A stretch of 64,000 bases of DNA. It comes from Desulfomicrobium sp. (GTDB taxonomy: Bacteria; Desulfobacterota; Desulfovibrionia; Desulfovibrionales; Desulfomicrobiaceae). Where the stretch lies: assembly GCA_040768745.1 (NCBI GenBank), contig JAXGMI010000001.1, forward strand, positions 1,792,001 through 1,856,000, given 5' to 3'. Made by a program: the position numbers and the translations under genes. Position 1 is the first letter of the stretch; every line of letters starts with the position of its first letter. The notes below the pieces were generated by a model. It did not search any database, was not told the origin of the DNA, and saw only the letters and a list, made by a program, of their open reading frames with translations. Positions 60,271 to 64,000 of this stretch are shown piece after piece.

Positions 60271-61260
60271 ATGCACCCCTTTGTCTCTTCTCTTTCAGTA
60301 CGCGGAAGATTGGCCCCCAGCCCCACGGGTCATCTGCATCTGGGCAACGCTTGGTCATTTCTCTTATGCTGGCTGGCCGTGCGCTCCCAAGGTGGGCGCG
60401 TGGTGCTGCGCCTGGAGGACATCGATCCGGACCGGGCCCGGCCCACGTACGCCTCAACCATCATGCGCGACCTGTCCTGGTTGGGATTGGATTGGGACGA
60501 AGGCCCGGACCTTGGTGGTCCTTCCGGGCCCTACACCCAGAGCGAGCGTTTGGATCGCTACGCCGAGGTCATGGAGATTCTGTCCCGCCAGGGCCGGACC
60601 TATCCCTGCTACTGTACGCGCAGGGAACTCAAGTCCATGGCTTCGGCCCCCCACGCCGGGGATGTGGGGCCCATTTATCCCGGGACCTGCCTGCATCTTT
60701 CCGCGGCGCAGCGCGCCGAACGTGAAGCCGCGGGGCGCGCGCCTGCCGTGCGTCTGCACGGCGGCGGCACGACGTCATTTTACGACCTGATTCAAGGGGC
60801 TGTGCGGCTGGGTTGGGAGGAATGCGGCGGGGACTTTCCCCTGCAACGGTCCGACGGGGTGATCTCCTACCAATTGGCCGTGGCTGTGGACGACCTGGAC
60901 CAGGGCATCAGCCTGGTCGTGCGCGGGGCCGACATCCTGTCCAGCACTCCGCGTCAGATGGTGCTGTTTCGCCTGTTGGGAGGGACTGTCCCGCAGTACG
61001 CGCACGTGCCTCTGGTCCTGGACCATCACGGGGAACGACTGGCCAAGCGGCATCAATCCATGGAATTGCGCGCCCTGAGGGAGCAGGGAATCTCACCCAG
61101 GGCAGTGGCCGGGTACCTCGCCGACCTGGCCGGGCTTCTCCCCCAGGCCGGGCCGGCGACTCCGGCCGAACTCCTCCCTTTCTTTTCCTGGGAACGCATT
61201 CCACGCCATCCGGTGTTCCTGCCGCCACAGATCATGACCCTGCTGGCTGATCTCTCCTAG
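60271..61260 (+). CDS. gluQ: Glutamyl-Q tRNA(Asp) synthetase
   Basis: GRLAPSPTGHLHLGN, YPCYCTR, YQLAVAVDD, RLAKRH; no anticodon-binding domain. Confidence 0.9.
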   Translation: MHPFVSSLSVRGRLAPSPTGHLHLGNAWSFLLCWLAVRSQGGRVVLRLEDIDPDRARPTYASTIMRDLSWLGLDWDEGPDLGGPSGPYTQSERLDRYAEVMEILSRQGRTYPCYCTRRELKSMASAPHAGDVGPIYPGTCLHLSAAQRAEREAAGRAPAVRLHGGGTTSFYDLIQGAVRLGWEECGGDFPLQRSDGVISYQLAVAVDDLDQGISLVVRGADILSSTPRQMVLFRLLGGTVPQYAHVPLVLDHHGERLAKRHQSMELRALREQGISPRAVAGYLADLAGLLPQAGPATPAELLPFFSWERIPRHPVFLPPQIMTLLADLS

Positions 61261-61272
61261 CCCAACACCTGT

Positions 61273-62055
61273 TCAACGATTTTTTTCCAGCCGGTCCAGC
61301 AGGCGCAGGTATCCGTCCAGAATGGTGAGGGGATGCGGCGGACAGCCAGGGATGTGGAGGTCGATGGGCACGATGGATCCCGCCCCGTCGTTGGTCTGGG
61401 CGTGTCCGGCAAAGGGTCCCCCGCTGATGGCGCAGGCGCCCACGGCGATGGCGATGCGCGGCTCGGGCACGGCCTCCCATGTCTTGCGCAGAGCCAGTTC
61501 CATGCCCTTGGACACGGGTCCGGTGATGAGCACGCCATCGGCATGCCGGGGGGAGGCCACATACTGGATGCCGAATCTGCTCAGGTCCCAGCCGATGGTC
61601 CCCAGCACGTTGATGTCCGCCTCGCACGCTCCGCATCCTCCCGCGCTGACCTGCCGCAGGCGCAGAGACCTGCCGAACAGGCGTCGCATCTTTTCGTCCA
61701 GTGCTTCGGCCAGCCGCATTTCCGTCTGTGCGGGGCTGAGGACCAGATCCTCCCTGCGTCTGGCTGCCAGGCGGTGGTCGTTGGTCTGCTGGATGGCCCC
61801 CTGGGGGCAGGCCGTGACGCAGTCCGCACAGAACAGGCAGCGGCCCAGATCCAGGCGGAGTTGACCGTTGGATCTGACGATGGCCTGACTCGGGCAGACC
61901 TCCACGCACAACGCGCATGTTGCGGAACATTTCGACGGATCCAGGCGCAAGGCCCCGCCGTGGCGGTCGGGCAGATCCGGGGCCGGGCCCTTGGGAAATG
62001 CCATGGTCATGCAGCCGCGTTTGAGACGATTGGTCAACGTATCGAAAATATACAT
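61273..62055 (-). CDS. Fused 2x[4Fe-4S] ferredoxin / NuoB-like small subunit of group-4-hydrogenase-related (Ehr) complex
   Basis: Two ferredoxin Cys clusters, then GGCGACE, SPRHAD, GACA, PGCPP. Confidence 0.88.
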   Translation of the reverse strand: MYIFDTLTNRLKRGCMTMAFPKGPAPDLPDRHGGALRLDPSKCSATCALCVEVCPSQAIVRSNGQLRLDLGRCLFCADCVTACPQGAIQQTNDHRLAARRREDLVLSPAQTEMRLAEALDEKMRRLFGRSLRLRQVSAGGCGACEADINVLGTIGWDLSRFGIQYVASPRHADGVLITGPVSKGMELALRKTWEAVPEPRIAIAVGACAISGGPFAGHAQTNDGAGSIVPIDLHIPGCPPHPLTILDGYLRLLDRLEKNR

Positions 62056-62065
62056 GAACGGTCTC

Positions 62066-63547
62066 CTAGAGGTCGAAGCCGCAATAGGACAGAGTGAAGC
62101 TCTTGTTGCAGAGCGGGAAGTCCGAGATGGCCGTACCGCGCAAGGACAGGGCCAGACCGGTCCAGTTGTGGAACGAGGGGTCCGTGATCTTGTAGCGCCG
62201 GAACCGACCGCTGTGGTCAGTCAGGGCGGCGTGACAGACTTCCCCTCGCCACCCTTCCACCAGGGCCGCGGTCAGGGATTCGGGCGCTGGGACAGGGGCT
62301 GGTGCGAGGATGTCTCCGTCCACTGGCCCGTCGAGCTGTTCCAGCAGGTAACGGCCAGACCGCTGAATTTCCAGGGATTTGACCCGGGCGCGGGCTAAAA
62401 TGTCCCCGCTGGGCCAGACCGCGACAGGAGCCTGGGAGAATCGGTGCCATCCGGCCGGGTGGTCGTAGCGCACATCCCTGACCAGCCCGCTGGCCCTCGC
62501 GGCCGGCCCGACCAGACCGATGTCCGAGGCCTGGGACGTATGCACGACCCCCACGTTAAGGAAGCGGACCCGGACCGAGGCCGCGTCCCAGAACCAAGCC
62601 GTGGCCTGCTCCACGTCGGCCAGATGGGTCTCAAGCCTGGCTTTCAGGGTCTGCAGCCGCTGGGGATCCAGATCATGCCGGCATCCGCCTGGGCGGATCA
62701 ATCCGCGGCCAAACCGGTTTCCACACATGAGGGCCGTCAGGTTCAGAAAATCGCCCCGGATCTTGCCGCAGGCAGACATGGTCGGCAGAAAGGCCACGTC
62801 TCCGGCCAGGGCTCCCATGTCGCCAGTGTGGTTGGCCAGGCGTTCCAGTTCCAGGGCCAGGGCGCGCAGCCATTGGGCCCTGAGGGGGGCCTCGATTCCG
62901 GCCAGGGACTCCATGACCATGGCATGGGCTGTGGCGTGGGCAATGGTCGCGTCCCCGGAAACAGTCTCCATCTGACTCATGGTGGCCCGGTGCGGACCGC
63001 CGCCCATGTGCTCCTCGACGCCCCGGTGCTGGTAGCCCAGGGCGATCTCCAGGTGCAAAACTTCCTCCCCCTGGCACTGGAAGCGGAAATGGCCAGGTTC
63101 GATGACACCGGCGTGAACCGGGCCCACGGCCACCTCATGCACTTCGCCCCCGTCAACGCGGAAAAAGGGGGCGTTGGCCGGGGCCGTCCCGTTGGCATGG
63201 CGCACGGGCTTGATCCAGGGGTGTCCCAGGGGCACCAGCCCGTGCTGTTCCCAGACCTCGCGCTCAAAAAGGTGGGCCTGGGGATATCTGGGGGTCAGGG
63301 ATGGGTAGGATCCGCTGATGGGTTCGCTGCGGGCCACCCCCAGGACGCTTTCGGAATCCATGGCCAGAATTGCGACCAGGCATGTTTCCTCGTGATCCTG
63401 AACCCCGAACCAGGAGCAGATGCGGGCTCCCCGGTCCAGGAGTTCGCCCGTGACCCGGACCAGCTTGGTGATGGAGAAAACCGGCACTGCCGGCCAGGAG
63501 ACGCTAGATCCGTTGGGGAAGATGAAAAATGGGGCAAGTGTGTTCAT
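62066..63547 (-). CDS. NuoC/NuoD-like large subunit (HyfG-like) lacking NiFe ligands (EhrL-type)
   Basis: GPVHAGVIEPGHFRF, GYQHRG, VEGWRGE, DPSFHNW; ETVSGD and DFPLCNKSF replace the CxxC motifs. Confidence 0.88.
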   Translation of the reverse strand: MNTLAPFFIFPNGSSVSWPAVPVFSITKLVRVTGELLDRGARICSWFGVQDHEETCLVAILAMDSESVLGVARSEPISGSYPSLTPRYPQAHLFEREVWEQHGLVPLGHPWIKPVRHANGTAPANAPFFRVDGGEVHEVAVGPVHAGVIEPGHFRFQCQGEEVLHLEIALGYQHRGVEEHMGGGPHRATMSQMETVSGDATIAHATAHAMVMESLAGIEAPLRAQWLRALALELERLANHTGDMGALAGDVAFLPTMSACGKIRGDFLNLTALMCGNRFGRGLIRPGGCRHDLDPQRLQTLKARLETHLADVEQATAWFWDAASVRVRFLNVGVVHTSQASDIGLVGPAARASGLVRDVRYDHPAGWHRFSQAPVAVWPSGDILARARVKSLEIQRSGRYLLEQLDGPVDGDILAPAPVPAPESLTAALVEGWRGEVCHAALTDHSGRFRRYKITDPSFHNWTGLALSLRGTAISDFPLCNKSFTLSYCGFDL

Positions 63548-64000
63548 GGCTGTGCAAAGAGTTGGAGAAGAGCTGCGGACCATGCGTCCCGAAGGACCTG
63601 AGGGGTGAACAGTCCGAGCCAGAGGGAGGCCACAAGCAGGGCAAGGGACGGCGCGATGATGCCGGCCGTCTCCTTGAGATGAATGCGTTCGGGGTTTTTC
63701 AGGCGGGGCCGGCCGTCAACGACGGCAAACACGATGCGGGACAATCCCAGGAAGGCCAGCAGCAGGCAGAAAAGAAAGAGGCCGATGGCCCAGCCCTGGC
63801 CCGCGCCCAGGCCCACCCGGATGATGAGCAGCTCGCTGAAGAAAGGGGCAAAGGGTGGGCAGGCCGTGATGGCGAACATGCCGGCCACGAAGATGCGCGA
63901 TGATCGGGGCAGAATCAAGGACATGCCCCGGACGTCATCCATGGAGGAGGATTTGGCGGCTCGCTGCAGGTTGGCGGCGCTGAGGAACAGGGCGCCTTTG
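63544..64000 (-). CDS. HyfF-like antiporter-type membrane subunit (5'-truncated by window edge)
   Basis: KGALFLSAAN, AITACPPFAPFFSE; multi-TM; stop overlaps next ATG. Confidence 0.8.
   Translation of the reverse strand, partial: KGALFLSAANLQRAAKSSSMDDVRGMSLILPRSSRIFVAGMFAITACPPFAPFFSELLIIRVGLGAGQGWAIGLFLFCLLLAFLGLSRIVFAVVDGRPRLKNPERIHLKETAGIIAPSLALLVASLWLGLFTPQVLRDAWSAALLQLFAQP

Overview
Chromosomal window from a GC-rich anaerobic deltaproteobacterium, probably Desulfomicrobium/Desulfovibrionales-like (inferred from gene content and order). 1-27.8 kb is housekeeping: atpF'FHAGDC, glmU-zapB-zapA-6S RNA-rny-ymdB-tyrS-ubiA-like-thrC, then a convergent minus-strand run hom-apgM-like-thioesterase-amidohydrolase-lysS-lolCE-lolD-bamA-skp-lpxD-fabZ-lpxA-lpxI. 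Two tandem tRNA-Ser genes (GCT, TGA) precede an accessory region (about 28.1-43.4 kb). It holds a type I restriction-modification operon with two cargo genes (four-helix-bundle protein, RhuM-Fic), an in-frame IS1380/IS5 chimeric transposase relic, an AT-rich orphan, a large HExxH-RTX-VWA-cadherin-DUF4214 protein, and a complete IS1634 element (15-bp IRs, 6-bp TSD) inside a decayed tupA-like gene. The right part has a PAS protein, a FemAB-like gene, rnk with a candidate attenuator, a Lar-like zinc ribbon, a cobD-cobQ fusion, a nitrite/NO cluster (nrfHA, TetR, collapsed efflux relic, CBS, HPP, hcp), gluQ and the end of an Ehr-type (NiFe-less hydrogenase-related) operon. The most unusual structure is the four-helix-bundle cassette between hsdM and hsdS: it is bracketed by inverted arrays of 9-nt ATGGGA-type repeats and followed by a second, divergent copy of the hsdM 3' end. 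All family calls come from motif recognition by eye; no database searches were run.
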